Position numbers and translations under genes: made by a program | The notes under the pieces: generated by a model | Databases searched by the model: none | Told to the model about the DNA's origin: nothing | The model's input: the letters and a program-made list of their open reading frames with translations, nothing else | Assembly: GCA_004764695.1 (NCBI GenBank) | Contig: SMSO01000007.1 | Location: 620,001 to 684,000 of the forward strand | Direction: 5' to 3' | Length of the DNA: 64,000 nucleotides | Source: Schizochytrium sp. TIO01 | Lineage: Eukaryota; Protista; Bigyra: Labyrinthulomycetes | Shown: piece after piece, positions 22,554 to 35,196 of the stretch | Numbering within the stretch: the stretch's first letter is position 1 | Layout of the letters: each line of letters starts with the position of its first letter

Positions 22554-24260
22554 ATGAACGTAGTGCAGGCGACAGTTGGTCAAGTGCACCAGAGTTTAGC
22601 AGCTGCAGGCCAGGGCGAACACGATCCCCACGGCTCAAGTGGAAGAGGTCTCATGCAGGGTAACTTGCCCCAAGATGTGAACGGAAACGTGGTTCTACAC
22701 AACTCCAACGGCAGCTCCGCTGTCAGCAATAACGCCAACAATGGCCAGGACCATCGGCGCTTTGGGCGCAGGTGCTCTTTCCCTAACTGTGAGAAAGCAT
22801 CGCAGGGACCCACGCACTACTGCGTCTCCCACGGAGGTGGCAAGAAGTGCAGTAGGCCTAATTGCGACAAGGTTGACAAGGGTGGCGGATACTGCGTCTC
22901 CCACGGAGGAGGCAAGCGATGCCAGGCTCCGGACTGTGACAGAGCTGCCAAAGGGCCCACGGCACTCTGTATCGCCCACGGAGGAGGCTCCAGGTGCAAG
23001 GTGAACAGATGCGCAAAGCTCGATGCAGGACGTGGCTTTTGTATTGCTCATGGAGGAGGCAAGCGCTGTAGCGCAGAGAACTGCAACAAGAGTGCCCAGG
23101 GTGGTACTGATATGTGCAAGGCTCACGGAGGAGGACGCAGATGTAAGACTGATGGATGCTCGAAGAGGGATATGGGCGGCGGTCTTTGCATTGCTCACGG
23201 AGGTGGCAAGAGATGCGATGAAGAAGGTTGCGAGAAGAGCGCTCAGGGAGGTACCACGCGGTGCGTTCGCCACGGAGGTGGCAAGAGGTGCCGTGAACCA
23301 GATTGCACCAAGTCTGCAGCAGGATCCACGAACTACTGTATTCGTCATGGAGGAGGTCGTCGATGCAAAGAAGCGGGGTGCAGTAAGCATGCAACTGGAG
23401 GTGGCTATTGCGCAGAGCACGGAGGAGGGCGCCGATGCACCATATCAGGATGCCTAAATAACGCACTCTATGGAGGTGCCAAAGGTCTTTGCTACGCTCA
23501 CGGCGGCGGCAAGCGATGCCGTGAACCTAATTGCAACAAAAGTCCTCGCGTGCCCACAGAATTCTGTGTCTCGCATGGAGGTGGAATCCGATGCAAAGCA
23601 GATAACTGTACGTCCTTGGCGCGTGCTGGGGGGCTTTGTGGCACACATGGAGGCCGGAAGCGCTGTCGTTCAGAGAACTGTGACAAGTTCGCCAAGTATG
23701 GAGGCCTTTGTAAAGCCCACGGCGGTGGCAAACGCTGTCGCCACCCTGGATGCGTTCGCTATGAGAAGATCAATGGCTTTTGCCAGCTTCACACGAACTT
23801 GGCATCATCGAGTATGCCACCTAACACTGCACCGAAGTGTGATGACCCTGGGTGCGATCGCCCCGCTCTCGATAATGACGATTTCTGCCGAATTCACAGT
23901 AGTCGTGTCCTCCAACAGGCTCCTCCTCCGCCGCCGATGAACAACATGGTAATGCAAAACGATATGAACAACGCTCATTTGGACTATGGAGAAGCAGAAG
24001 ATGATGAAATTGATAACAAGCTCCGCGAGCTTCAGCGTCAAATGAGCATTCTGCAGGCGCAACGCGAGGAGAAGATCAAGCGCCGCCGGTTGAGCGCACC
24101 CCACAACGGTGTAGCACAAGTCCCACAAGCGTCTCATGGATGGGGTCAGCACCAATTTGCAACGCAATCTGGTGCCCCCCCTCAAGCTGTCTTCCAGCAA
24201 AATCAAATCCCTGATGGTTACCAGTACTCGAACCAGTCCGGCTCTGGATCTGGTATCTGA
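22554..24260 (+). CDS. 568-aa protein with 14 tandem + 1 separate WRKY19-like zinc fingers and a C-terminal coiled-coil/Q-rich tail
   Basis: Repeat unit C-x4-C-x9/10-C-x2-H-GGG, e.g. KRCSAENCNKSAQGGTDMCKAHGGG. There is no WRKYGQK motif, so this is not a true WRKY domain protein. Confidence 0.93.
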   Translation: MNVVQATVGQVHQSLAAAGQGEHDPHGSSGRGLMQGNLPQDVNGNVVLHNSNGSSAVSNNANNGQDHRRFGRRCSFPNCEKASQGPTHYCVSHGGGKKCSRPNCDKVDKGGGYCVSHGGGKRCQAPDCDRAAKGPTALCIAHGGGSRCKVNRCAKLDAGRGFCIAHGGGKRCSAENCNKSAQGGTDMCKAHGGGRRCKTDGCSKRDMGGGLCIAHGGGKRCDEEGCEKSAQGGTTRCVRHGGGKRCREPDCTKSAAGSTNYCIRHGGGRRCKEAGCSKHATGGGYCAEHGGGRRCTISGCLNNALYGGAKGLCYAHGGGKRCREPNCNKSPRVPTEFCVSHGGGIRCKADNCTSLARAGGLCGTHGGRKRCRSENCDKFAKYGGLCKAHGGGKRCRHPGCVRYEKINGFCQLHTNLASSSMPPNTAPKCDDPGCDRPALDNDDFCRIHSSRVLQQAPPPPPMNNMVMQNDMNNAHLDYGEAEDDEIDNKLRELQRQMSILQAQREEKIKRRRLSAPHNGVAQVPQASHGWGQHQFATQSGAPPQAVFQQNQIPDGYQYSNQSGSGSGI

Positions 24261-26939
24261 GTAACTGAACCAGCTCAAACAAAGACCGAATCTGGCTCAT
24301 CTCCCAATCAATTGTGATTCAAGCGGGGAATGTGACAACAAGGATTATATCAAGTGCTTAGAGGCTAGCAAGTATATATTAACGCTGCCTGTTTAGAGCC
24401 TTGTTCTCACCCGCCCTAGGTACTTGATTACTTCTTTTTTTTAATATACAATGTGTTTCATTCTCATTAATGTTTCATAGAAGCCTTCAGGTTGTATATA
24501 TATCTCTTGTTGGATTTTTTGAAATAGCTTTGCAATCTTTTTCTCCTCCTTTTTACTTTTATTGTCATTATATGTATGTATATATTGTCCCCATCGTAGA
24601 AGAATGCATTGAAGGCATCCCGACGATATCTCTAGGATGATCAACCAAACACTTCTGAGAATTACCTTTTCACAATCACATTCTCCCTTGCTGAATTGTA
24701 ATTGTTCTGACCAGTAAGAACTAGACTGGCAAGAATCTTGCAAGCTGGTGCAGATAACCAGTTGAGACTTCTTAAGTGTTAAAAAGTGATGTTCAGAGCC
24801 TTGATCACAGATGAAAGCTCAAGGGAAGGCAGAAAGTTTCGCTTTAGAAGATAGTACTATTTTGATCTAATATTAAAACCATCATGAACTTTGGTTCTAG
24901 ATATATACTTCATCGCGATTTGTGGATATCCCAAGCAGATGAATTTTCGTGCAATTCAATCATCAACAAGATTCACTTCGGACATCATCGAGCAGCAATT
25001 TATTGAGTGACTAATGAGAACAGCAACCACTCTCCTTTCGCGTCTTGTCATCCATCACTTGAAGCTGCTTTACATTTATTTACTTATATGTGTCCGACGG
25101 TCCTAGATCTTACGCATGACTGTAGAAATTGTTGCTGTTAAATATACTTTCTCCTCTGAATGTTGATCCTAGTGGAAATAACTATAGATGGCAATGCAAA
25201 CTTGTGGTGTTTAGGGTTTCAGAATTAGGCCCTAGTTAACGGCCTGCATGCCCACAAAACAAAAAACACAAGGGTAACGAATTCATTTCACATCCGTTAA
25301 ATACAGAATTGATATAAGATCAGCGACTTTTTCTCCTCGACCTTTAGTTTAGGTTTCGCGCGCCAATAGTGATCGATGAAAAACATCATTGTTATGAATA
25401 ATTATTTTGCAGGTATCAAATTTCCCGGATTCAACTTTAATTCCCTTATTGAGATAGAGGGAGTGCTAGGACTTTTACCAAAGTCTTGCACGCATGAAAT
25501 GTATTGGTAGTATCAACTCTGTAATATAAGACCTCACACGTCTCAGCTCATCTCTATCAGTTGCCACACTTCAATGATCGCCATGCATGCACCCATAGAG
25601 AACATTGTGAATTTGGGTTTTAACTTGAATCTCATTCTTATCACTTATTGCAGTGGACCTTTTCGAAATTTTGCTAGGGTGCATTGCAGAATAGTTTGTA
25701 CTGTGAAGCGTGCAGCGGTAGTCTGACAAGGATGGCGAACTCAGGAGAAAGAGAAAGAGGATGATAACTGAGTTATAGAGGTTTCGGGTCCGGATACAGG
25801 CAGGAATGAATGTATAATGTCAGGAGAGGTTCAATTAGGTTAGGCAGTAGCTGTATATACTTCAATAGGTGATTTGAAATTATGAAGGGGAGCAAGCTCA
25901 GCATGCTTCATTCTGAGCTTGTATCCATACAAAATACAGTGTCAACTTATTAGGCAAAGGTCATTCCACCGCGACTATTTCACACTTGATTCCTACACAT
26001 GGCGAGGAGTGACACTTAAATCCAATCACAATCAGACACCGTTATTTGCAGTGGCATTGCATAAAATGTTGTCAAGAATTCATCTTAATTTAGATAGTCC
26101 AAAAAGTTTATATAACTACTTTCTTTAAAGATCGTTCTTAAAACATAGCAAGAGGAGAGTTTGCTCTTGCCGTGCATGTCCTTTTAGTGTTGCTCAGCAG
26201 ATCAGAAGATGGTCATCGAGAGAAGACAACCAAGCGTACGCAGCAACAATACCAAAGCACAGCCACGACTAAGGCAAAGCTCAGTGAAAGTAATGCATAT
26301 CTGCTTTCAAAAGACAGAAGCTTCATGTTGTGTGGACACCAACAGCAGAACTGAGAACATGAAAAACAAAACAAAGAGACACACACACAAAAATACGAAG
26401 AGGAGTGGTGAGATGACCACGATGTAAATGAAATTAGTGCAACCTCCTCTTTGATGTGATAGAGAATACATGAAATGCATCGTGTAGAGAGCAAAAGCAA
26501 ACATGCATAACATTGCAGCACCAGTCTCCGTATACACTAAATAGCATATGGAATAATCATCCTCACACGCGGATACAGAAACAAACAAAGACAACTTCAA
26601 TCGTGACAAAATCTTGAACATATATGAAATCCCTCTAAAACAAAGCATCAGTCACAAACCATGACTTTTTTGCTATACAGCGCGAAAACCAAATGCGCTT
26701 GAGTGGACATGATCTTGATTTCTTACAAATGAGACAACGCGACACAACAAACGCTCGTTGTTCATTCAAGAGTAAGTGAGGAAGTAGGTTCCTCATGTCG
26801 TAAAAATGGCAAAGTAAACAAACAAAAACAAACGACCGAAAGACACGAAACCCACCAACAGAGAAAGAAGCCAGGCTCATTGGCGAAAAATCTAACGAGT
26901 CTTTCTACAATTGGAGCAGAACAAGCATTGATGGATATC

Positions 26940-29204
26940 TCACATCAGAGAACAACAGCTATCTCCGTTGGCCATAGCAGTGATGGAAGCTCGTGTTGGC
27001 ATGCGTGACGAGGCCTTGCGAGATAAGCCCTTGTGCTGTTTCTTCTCAGGTTGCATAATGTCATCAACAAAGCTAACTACATCCGCATTCAAAAACAAAG
27101 TGGCAACGATATCATTCTGGTGCTCCACCTGATCCACGAAATCGTCAAATTCAATGACATCCTCAGGTGTTAGTTTAATACGACGCAGGGTGTTGGCATT
27201 GACATCTTCCTCGAAGTCCATCATCTCACTTTGTGATGCAGCATAGATTTGACCTTTTTCAGGGACCCAAGGCACAGGATGAGTGCCTTCCCGGATACGC
27301 CGCAAGTCTAGACCTTGCCAAAAGGTGAATGTGCGCGGGTTAAGGACCTCCTGCACACCACGCTTTGTGCCTAAGCGGGTCTCGACATTTCGGTCGAGAA
27401 GGGCAGAGATAAGAACCCGCGCACTTGGTGGGACACTGCGAGGATATTTAATTTGTGCACTTCGAGTACCTTGATTACGTGTCTGTAAACCAGTGTGTTT
27501 TGTCGAGAAAGGATTGAAAGCTGTCAAGAGCTCGAAAACGCAGGTTCCATACGACCACCAATCTGCGTCCACACCGTAGCGGTGGTTGTTGATTACTTCC
27601 GGGGACCAGTAGCCCTCGGTTCCTGCCCGTCCCTTGACTAGATTGTGCGCTGAAATGTTAGCCGCTAGACCAAAGTCACTGATTTTCACATGGCCGTCGC
27701 TGTCAAGAAGAATATTGCGAGGTTTCAAGTCACGCATAATAAATCCCAAAGAGTGAATGTGGCCCAAGCCAACTGCAATCTCTGCAGCATAAAACTTGGC
27801 TCGCTTTTCACTAAATGGGCCTGTGCGCAGATGAAACTTCAAGTCTCCTCCAATGGCAAGGGGCAGTACTAGATGGTAGGCTTCCTTAGTCTGGAAGGCG
27901 TACCGAAGTTTCATACAGTATGGTGAAGGGTGCCGAGCTAAGGTCTCTAACGCAAGCCGTTCTGCAACTACCTGACTCTTGCTATTCTTAGCTTTAATCT
28001 TGCGTTTACTCATGAGCTTCATAGCAAGCATGCGCCCAGTTTGACTGACTACGCACCCATGTACAGTGCCAAAAGCACCCTGCCCAAGGACGCGGTGGTA
28101 TTCAATTTGTCGCTCCGAGATTGGCTGCATAGCAAACGTTTTAAAACGCGCGTATTGTGCGAAACCAACTTTGTGTTGAAGAAGTCGATCGTAAATTGGA
28201 GTACATAGATTCATCACGAGTTGATCTAGAGCCTCGTTGAGATCCACAGATCGCTTTTTGTGAAGGCGAGTAAGCACCCCAGTGCGGGCAGCCACCATGC
28301 GCGTACTTGTTCCAGCAGTATGACCTGTACGTGGAACACCAGTTGTCATACGGGTTCCAGGCTTATTAGCGTCGTAGGTCGCGACCTCCGTTTCCGCATC
28401 CATACCCTGAAGGAAGCCAGATTCTGACGCAAGAAGCGATGGAACTGCCACAAGCTCAGCAGGGTTGCCCTGAGTATCGACCGAAGGGCTAACCCCATTT
28501 GCATCAGCAGCGATAGAGTCGGGTACCCCGGTACCTTTTGCTTCGAGATCCAAGTCTGTCTCATCCACACCATCATCCCCGCCTTTTGCTTCAGTATCAT
28601 CTGTTTCGTGTGCATTATCAGCGTCACTGAAAACGGAGTCAGCCTCATCCCCAGTCGCAAGCTCCGAGGTGTCATCATGCTCGTCACGAGAAAGATCAAG
28701 ATCCTTCCCAGTGCTCGTAGAAAAGGAAGCCTGCCCACCATTTGCGACTGCCATAGCTTGCTCAATAGTAAACTGAGTACCCTTTTGAGAGCTCCTATGT
28801 AAAAACTCACGCACCAAAGAGTCTTGCTCAAGATCATACTCGCGGAGTAGGCGCAAGACTTGTATAAAAGATGCGACTCCGGAAGGGTCCTGGCGCTTGA
28901 GATCGTAGACTTTACCAACAAAGTGGAGAAATTTAGCTTCTGGGCGATCGCCAGGCGGAGCTCCAGTCTCGGTTTCTAAAATGCGCTGATCCAAGTCAGC
29001 GAATTTGTCGAGAAACCATTGGCCCAGTGGCTCAGAGACAAGTGTGACACAGTTGATATCGTTTGTTTCGATAAATACCTCTGGATTGAACGAACGCCCG
29101 AGAGGGGTGATTCTCTTGCTAGGTCTAGGAGAGGTGTCCAAAATGGCCTTTTGATATTTGGCGTCTTGAATTACATGCGCCACGTCGTCAAATGTGATAT
29201 CCAT
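26940..29204 (-). CDS. G-protein-coupled receptor kinase (GRK)-like AGC kinase, 754 aa, with RGS-homology region and C-terminal CaaX
   Basis: Kinase motifs LGQGAFG, AMK, GGDLKFHL, RDLKPRNILLD, DFG, GRAGTEGYWSPE. GRK-type N-terminal helix FDDVAHVIQDAKY, RGS-like LVSEPLGQWFLDKF, C-terminus ...SCCSLM*. Confidence 0.9.
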   Translation of the reverse strand: MDITFDDVAHVIQDAKYQKAILDTSPRPSKRITPLGRSFNPEVFIETNDINCVTLVSEPLGQWFLDKFADLDQRILETETGAPPGDRPEAKFLHFVGKVYDLKRQDPSGVASFIQVLRLLREYDLEQDSLVREFLHRSSQKGTQFTIEQAMAVANGGQASFSTSTGKDLDLSRDEHDDTSELATGDEADSVFSDADNAHETDDTEAKGGDDGVDETDLDLEAKGTGVPDSIAADANGVSPSVDTQGNPAELVAVPSLLASESGFLQGMDAETEVATYDANKPGTRMTTGVPRTGHTAGTSTRMVAARTGVLTRLHKKRSVDLNEALDQLVMNLCTPIYDRLLQHKVGFAQYARFKTFAMQPISERQIEYHRVLGQGAFGTVHGCVVSQTGRMLAMKLMSKRKIKAKNSKSQVVAERLALETLARHPSPYCMKLRYAFQTKEAYHLVLPLAIGGDLKFHLRTGPFSEKRAKFYAAEIAVGLGHIHSLGFIMRDLKPRNILLDSDGHVKISDFGLAANISAHNLVKGRAGTEGYWSPEVINNHRYGVDADWWSYGTCVFELLTAFNPFSTKHTGLQTRNQGTRSAQIKYPRSVPPSARVLISALLDRNVETRLGTKRGVQEVLNPRTFTFWQGLDLRRIREGTHPVPWVPEKGQIYAASQSEMMDFEEDVNANTLRRIKLTPEDVIEFDDFVDQVEHQNDIVATLFLNADVVSFVDDIMQPEKKQHKGLSRKASSRMPTRASITAMANGDSCCSLM

Positions 29205-32200
29205 AGTAAGAAAAGTAGATGCAAAAGTCTACTTTAACGATACAACAATGGGGCCGAAAGCGACTGATTTTAGAAGGCTACAAGAGGAAATACAGAGACA
29301 GATAGAATGAAGAAACGAGAGAGCAAAACTGTCGGGAAGCGAGCAACCTCGCAACAAGGCAGACCAGAGAGAGGAGAGGAAGGACCCAAGGAATGGAAGA
29401 AAGAACTGAGGGCCTGAGGAGTTGACAAAATGGGCAGGTGAGCAGGGGGGAGACGGATAGAGAACTTACACAGTCAACCAGTCAAAGGAAAGAAAAGAAT
29501 GGATGGATGGACCCCTTGTCGTCCCTATTTAATCTCAATCGCTCACTCGCTCGCTGGCTCGTTCGCTGGCCCACCAGTCTTCAAGTAAGTCAAGTCTCGT
29601 TCTTCCGCAATGAACCAGGCCACTTGGTTTCCCTCCTCGTCTCCAAGAGCCTTCCCTCAAGCGGGCTCTGCGCACTACGAGAGGTCTGCACAGCCTCCAA
29701 GCTCGCCGCGCTTTCACGCTTTGTCGTCGGTGTTCAAAAAAATTCAATTGTTTCTTTCTTTTCTCCTTTTTAAAAACTTGTTTCATTCAAGTTCTTTCTT
29801 CCCTCTTCCCTTCCTCTTTCCTTTCTTTCTCTTGGGGTCTGAGGAATTACTTTATGATGATAGTGTAACTTTGAATGGAGTTATGAAGAACAGGAGGTAG
29901 TCGTAATGTCTCATAGCTATTACTTGCGATAGAAGGAGTAGTACTTAGTTGAATTGTTAGAAGTTCATTAGGAATGATACTATAAATTTTGTAGTAGCAC
30001 AATAGGTAGGTACGTACTACATCTATATAGGGTAAAAACTTGTTTATCACTTTTTAAACTAGTCAATTGTACTATTTATGTTATTTATTGTTTAAATATA
30101 TATACCCCTACCGTGGCATATTTTTAATTAAAAATAAAATAAAAAATTAAACAAGTCATGGAGAAAGTTGATGGACTATTTTCTGTGTTCAACTCTTCGA
30201 ATTTGATTTTTCTTTAATATGGAATCAACTTCAACCAGAACCTAAAATAGCGTCGATGTTACTTGTTGCTAGTCTAACTTTCAAGCAGCAGGACCTGCCA
30301 AAGCTTGCACTGGCTGTGAATTCAATTCATTCGAGAAATTGGAGCATAAACTGACTGAAGCAGAGCGACTGAGTGGCACGAGTGAAGCAAGAATCCGGGA
30401 GTAGAAACCTAAAAGTTGGAAGTTGTAATAAAAGAAAATTAACTTCGAAAGCCATTTTACTATGATAGATAACAGGTAGGTGGTACCTACCGAGGTAGGT
30501 ACCTAGGTGTAGTCACCATACTTTCCATAAATAAATAATTCACCACATATGTGTATCATGATGCATTATTTCTTGATTTTTTCAAGTGTGTGCGATTTTT
30601 GAAAAGGACAAAGTGAAGAAGTGGAATTTGTTAACTTCGCTAGGTGCAAAAGACACCTATGTACCTAGCTAGTGGTATTAGGTAGGAAAAGCACAGATCC
30701 AGGTCTTGAATGTATGTATACCTACCTAGGCATTTATTTGCTAGCTTTATTATCCTCTTCTCGGTGCCAGCCTCGAAATTATGAAGACGCTAAATACCTT
30801 GACCAAGCGTTTTTTCTTTCTAATTTTTTACCTTATCATATGATACAAGATAGAAGGTACGCATGCGCGAAGACAAAGATAGTCATCATAGTCTGTAGCG
30901 AAATCGAAGAGGTGGTAATATGAGTATTGAAAGCAAACCAAATGAAGAGCTCTATGTAGGTGCCTGCCTACCTACCTAGTATCTGTGCCAGGTGGAGACC
31001 ACCATTTCTATTTTGTAATGTTAACCAGATTAGCTTACGATGACCAATTACGAATTGAGGCAATTCTATGACGGTAAATGAAATATTTCTTCATTCATCA
31101 ATTCATTATGAATAAATAAAAGCAAAGCCCATAACAATTGAGTAAATCCCCCGTTTCCGGCGTTGGTCTCGTCGATTCTTCTTTTCTCAGCGCTTTTATT
31201 GGGGCTTCAAGTTGTTTGATCGGCCCAGTAACAACTTCTTTTTTGTTTTTTTTGTTTGAATTAAAATTAAAACTAAACTAAACTAAGTCTAATACTGTCT
31301 ATACTAGTTACAAATAGGAGGATTGCTACAGCGCACACCCTGAATAGTAGCAGTACCTAGTCTACGTAATCGGTGTGAGAACATTTAGCAAAAAAGAAAA
31401 CCTTCGAAGAATGACCATGCATGCTGGTTCAGATCGCTAATTGAAAAAAGCATCAGAGCAGCTTTATGACAAATATGATATACATTTAAAATACTAGCAT
31501 ACTACAGGGCTAAACCGGATAGATAATTATGAGTAAGCTCGCAAACCAGCTTCAAATATTGAAAGCAGTGGTGTACCTCCCAGGCTCCCTCCCGTCTTGT
31601 GTATTTCCTGACCTGGAGAAAGTGTATACTTGAAAGCTGCTTAAGACTGCATACCTAGCATTTTTTAACAGTAGTCCTACTCCTAGGTGGACCATTTCTA
31701 ACATTTTTATTCAGAACTTTTATTTTAAATGTGCTCACCTTCTCGTGATGTCTTCCTAATTCGATTGTGAACACGTGCCGCTGCCCTAGACTCCTGAGTA
31801 ACTTGCCTTAGGCAGTGCCGATTGTAAACTTAGATGGTGCAGACAGACTCGTTGCAGGAATTATCTCAGTTTTTGAACTTAGTCGGAGAATTGCGAATTA
31901 TTTATTCTTTCAATTCTAACACTATTCTTTCCTCATCCCGTGTCCATAGGAAGAGAAAACACCATGCCATTCTTAGTCCCCTGGTAGGTCTTTTTTTCTT
32001 TTTTACTTATATGTTGTTATTATTGTATGACTAGTGGTAATTGAAATATTTATCATGCATAAGTTTTACGAAAGCATTGAAAATCCTTCAGCGTTCTTTT
32101 AGGCTTGCTAAACCCGGGAAGCATTGCTCCCTACTTAAGGTGGTTACCTACCTACCTACTTCTATTTCCCCAAAGTTGGGGAAAGACGTACGGGTAGACC

Positions 32201-35196
32201 GACTGGGCAGGGTTGTTGTAAACTTCTAAATACTCAGTGCCAGTGAGCATTTACTACTACGATAGTTATTTTAAACTAAGGGACTTGACTTGAATGAAGC
32301 CCATCAAAATTTCATTCTACTACCTAGATAGAGTCTCGCTGCAAGATACCTCAATTTCAAGTAGATATATGCTTTACTGCCATTGCTTTGATTATCTGGA
32401 CAGCAGCTAAAAACTCAAGCCAAGGCTACCGAGCTGAGTGCCTGTCTGCACAGGAACAAGTAAGTCATATTGATTTGACTCCAGGTAGTTATTCTTCCAT
32501 GATATATCTGCTTTGATTAGTCGTCTTAATATTGTGTGCTTGTCCATATCAAAAGTGAAGACGACATGTAGGACGGTTGCAAAAAAAGGCACGTTTCCTG
32601 TACTTTTTTCCTGCCATAATTAAGAGCTTGCCAAGAACCACAAACATTGGAGTAACAGTCCACCGTTGATGTCTTGCGGTGGGGAACGATCACCTGAGGA
32701 ACAGAACTTTTAGGCGCGACGTACCCTGGTGACAAAAAGGTAGGTAGCCTCCCGAGGTATCTATGCACTTTTGAGTTCAAGCTGGTCCTCAAACTAGAAA
32801 GGACCGCTTCTGCATGTTAGGCAGAGTTTTCTCAGGCTCAGACTGATTGCAAAGCAACTTCAGCGCTTTGTGTTCTCAAAGCATCCAAGTACCCCCAACT
32901 GCGCCTATGCTTGACTCGTGTTCAGAGCGCACTATCCAGGTACCTGATTCGAACTTTGATTGAATGAATCAGCGTCATAAACGAATCAAAAGTAGCCCAC
33001 CTTTTAAAAGTGATAAAATCGTGTAAGTATACCTTCTTTCGAAGAAACAGTGCCTACTGTTGAACTTGAAGAGTGAGAGTAGTACGGGGACCTCTAAAGA
33101 GCCATGTGATAATCAAATATCAGCAGATAAGCAAGCAGAAACGCTCAACACAAATGAAGCTGGACTTCTGGCGGACTTCGCCTCACCTTCTGAAGTCACT
33201 TTCCAACAGAATTGAATCAATTTTATAAATCTATTCATCTGGTCTTTTATTAATGATAGCTTCGTGTAATAGTTAAGTCTATTCTTACTAGGCTTACTAC
33301 TCTTTTCTCTTAGTTTTTTTTTTTTTATTAAATGTAATTACAATAAAATAGGCGTAATAATCCGAGTTATGTAATTATAAAAGCAAAAGAGAAACGTTTA
33401 TTTTACCCACTGACAGCGCGGAGGAAAGTTGTACAACCCAGTTTGCCTATAAAAGACTTGCCGATAGAATAAAATAATAAACGGAAAGCCTGTAGGGTAT
33501 TTATTGGACAGGCCAGAATCTATGAGGTATACATAATCATGTTGCCCATAGCTATCGTTCGGACTAAACCACCTCAAACCATAAAAGACACAAGCGCCTG
33601 TCTCTGTCTTTTGAGAGATTGACTCTTCAAAAATCCTCCTTATGCGACATAGAAACGACCAATTCCAGTGCTACTCTAGCTAGTATACATACCTCTACAC
33701 TTATGAATGTAAATGCTAGTAGTACGAAAATATGTATTGCTTTTTTTGTGCGTGTGCTTTCTTTTCATTTAGTTTTCTTAAAGTTGTGCACAAATTAGGT
33801 AGGGATTTGTTATTCATTGAACGCTTTTGGAATTCTACTAGAAGTCGTATGCGGCCCATCATAGGAGCTATACTAATTAGCTAGCTGCTGTAACTAACTG
33901 TGCACATGAAGAATATAAAAGATAATAAGTGAGGAATCATGAGCGCGTGAAACCCGAATGCTATAGATTCCAAAAAATCAATAATGTGGTCAATACCTCC
34001 ACAGCAAAATTGAAGCACCAGCAGCAAATTTCAATTCTTCAGCTTTTCAAGGCCAGGCTAATAGCTGCTGGTATTCATTCATTTGGGCTTTTTTATTTAC
34101 TAAGAGAAACATTTCCAGTCACAATTGTAATACTGCAGAATCTTAAGCGTCATCGTTGGATTTATAAAGGAACACCGTTTCGAGGCTAGGTTCTAAAGTA
34201 GGCAAGGAACATGAATGCATTTGCATACCTATTGGAACTAAACTGTTCGAGCTCTAAAATATCAATAAAGATCATCCAATCCAAGACCCAGCACAAAAAA
34301 TTAGTTTGTGTGCCTAGTCTTTCGTAGGCCTCATGTACTTGTTTCTTACGATTTTACATTCCCTTACTCCCCGCTTTGCTAGCTTGAGGAAACGAAACAA
34401 CTTCTGACCATCCTATACATGCAGCCAAGTTAATGTTGAGCAAGTGCTTTAGTCTAGGATGCCTTTATAAAAAAATAAAAAATTAAAAAAAAAGTTGAGA
34501 ATTAAAATCAACCGCTTGTCGACTCCGTAGATACTTTCTGAATATCACTTTTTAAAACTGGTTACAGCTACAATTGAAACGGAGCTTCAAATTATGACGC
34601 TTGCATTCCTAATGACATCGTGAGCAGTGCGTCAAAAACTTTGAAATTAACATCTTCATTTATACCGTATTAACAAGATATCCCTCTAAATTGCTGAAGC
34701 CTTCGACAAAGCAAGATTAATTTTTATTCTTGCGCACCTTCGCAAAATTCATATGAACTTGGTATATCCTTATGGTAAACTTTATACAAAGCTTGCCAAA
34801 CTAGCATCCCGGGAAAGCGAACTATAGAAATAGTCTATTATAATAAAAGTAGTTTTTACATTGGTTTCAGTCCATGCTTTATTCTCTTGCTAAAGCTTTG
34901 GAGCATAGCGCTCGACTTGTGTGTGGTTTTACTCTGCAGCGAGAGTAACCAACGCGCAGATGTTCTTGAAGAAGTGTATCGTTCATATGATTTTGTTTTT
35001 AATAGACTCGAAGGAGGATTCAGAAAGTCCCAAAAAGATATATGAGCAATGGTGATAGACAAGCCCTTGAAGCTGACACATTTGCCAAGAATCTGTACAC
35101 TCAAATGTAGTAATATCCTGTATCTAAATATCTAATTTATTCTTGCTAAATTTTCCTAGGCCTCTTTTCGCCGTCTGGTAAAGTTCAATCACGTGG

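Noticed and set aside
22695-23466. 241-aa and 202-aa antisense ORFs
   Set aside because: Shadow frames of the repetitive, GC-rich zinc-finger CDS.
22554-24260. Calling this gene a WRKY transcription factor
   Set aside because: There is no WRKYGQK domain, only the WRKY19-associated CCCH repeats.
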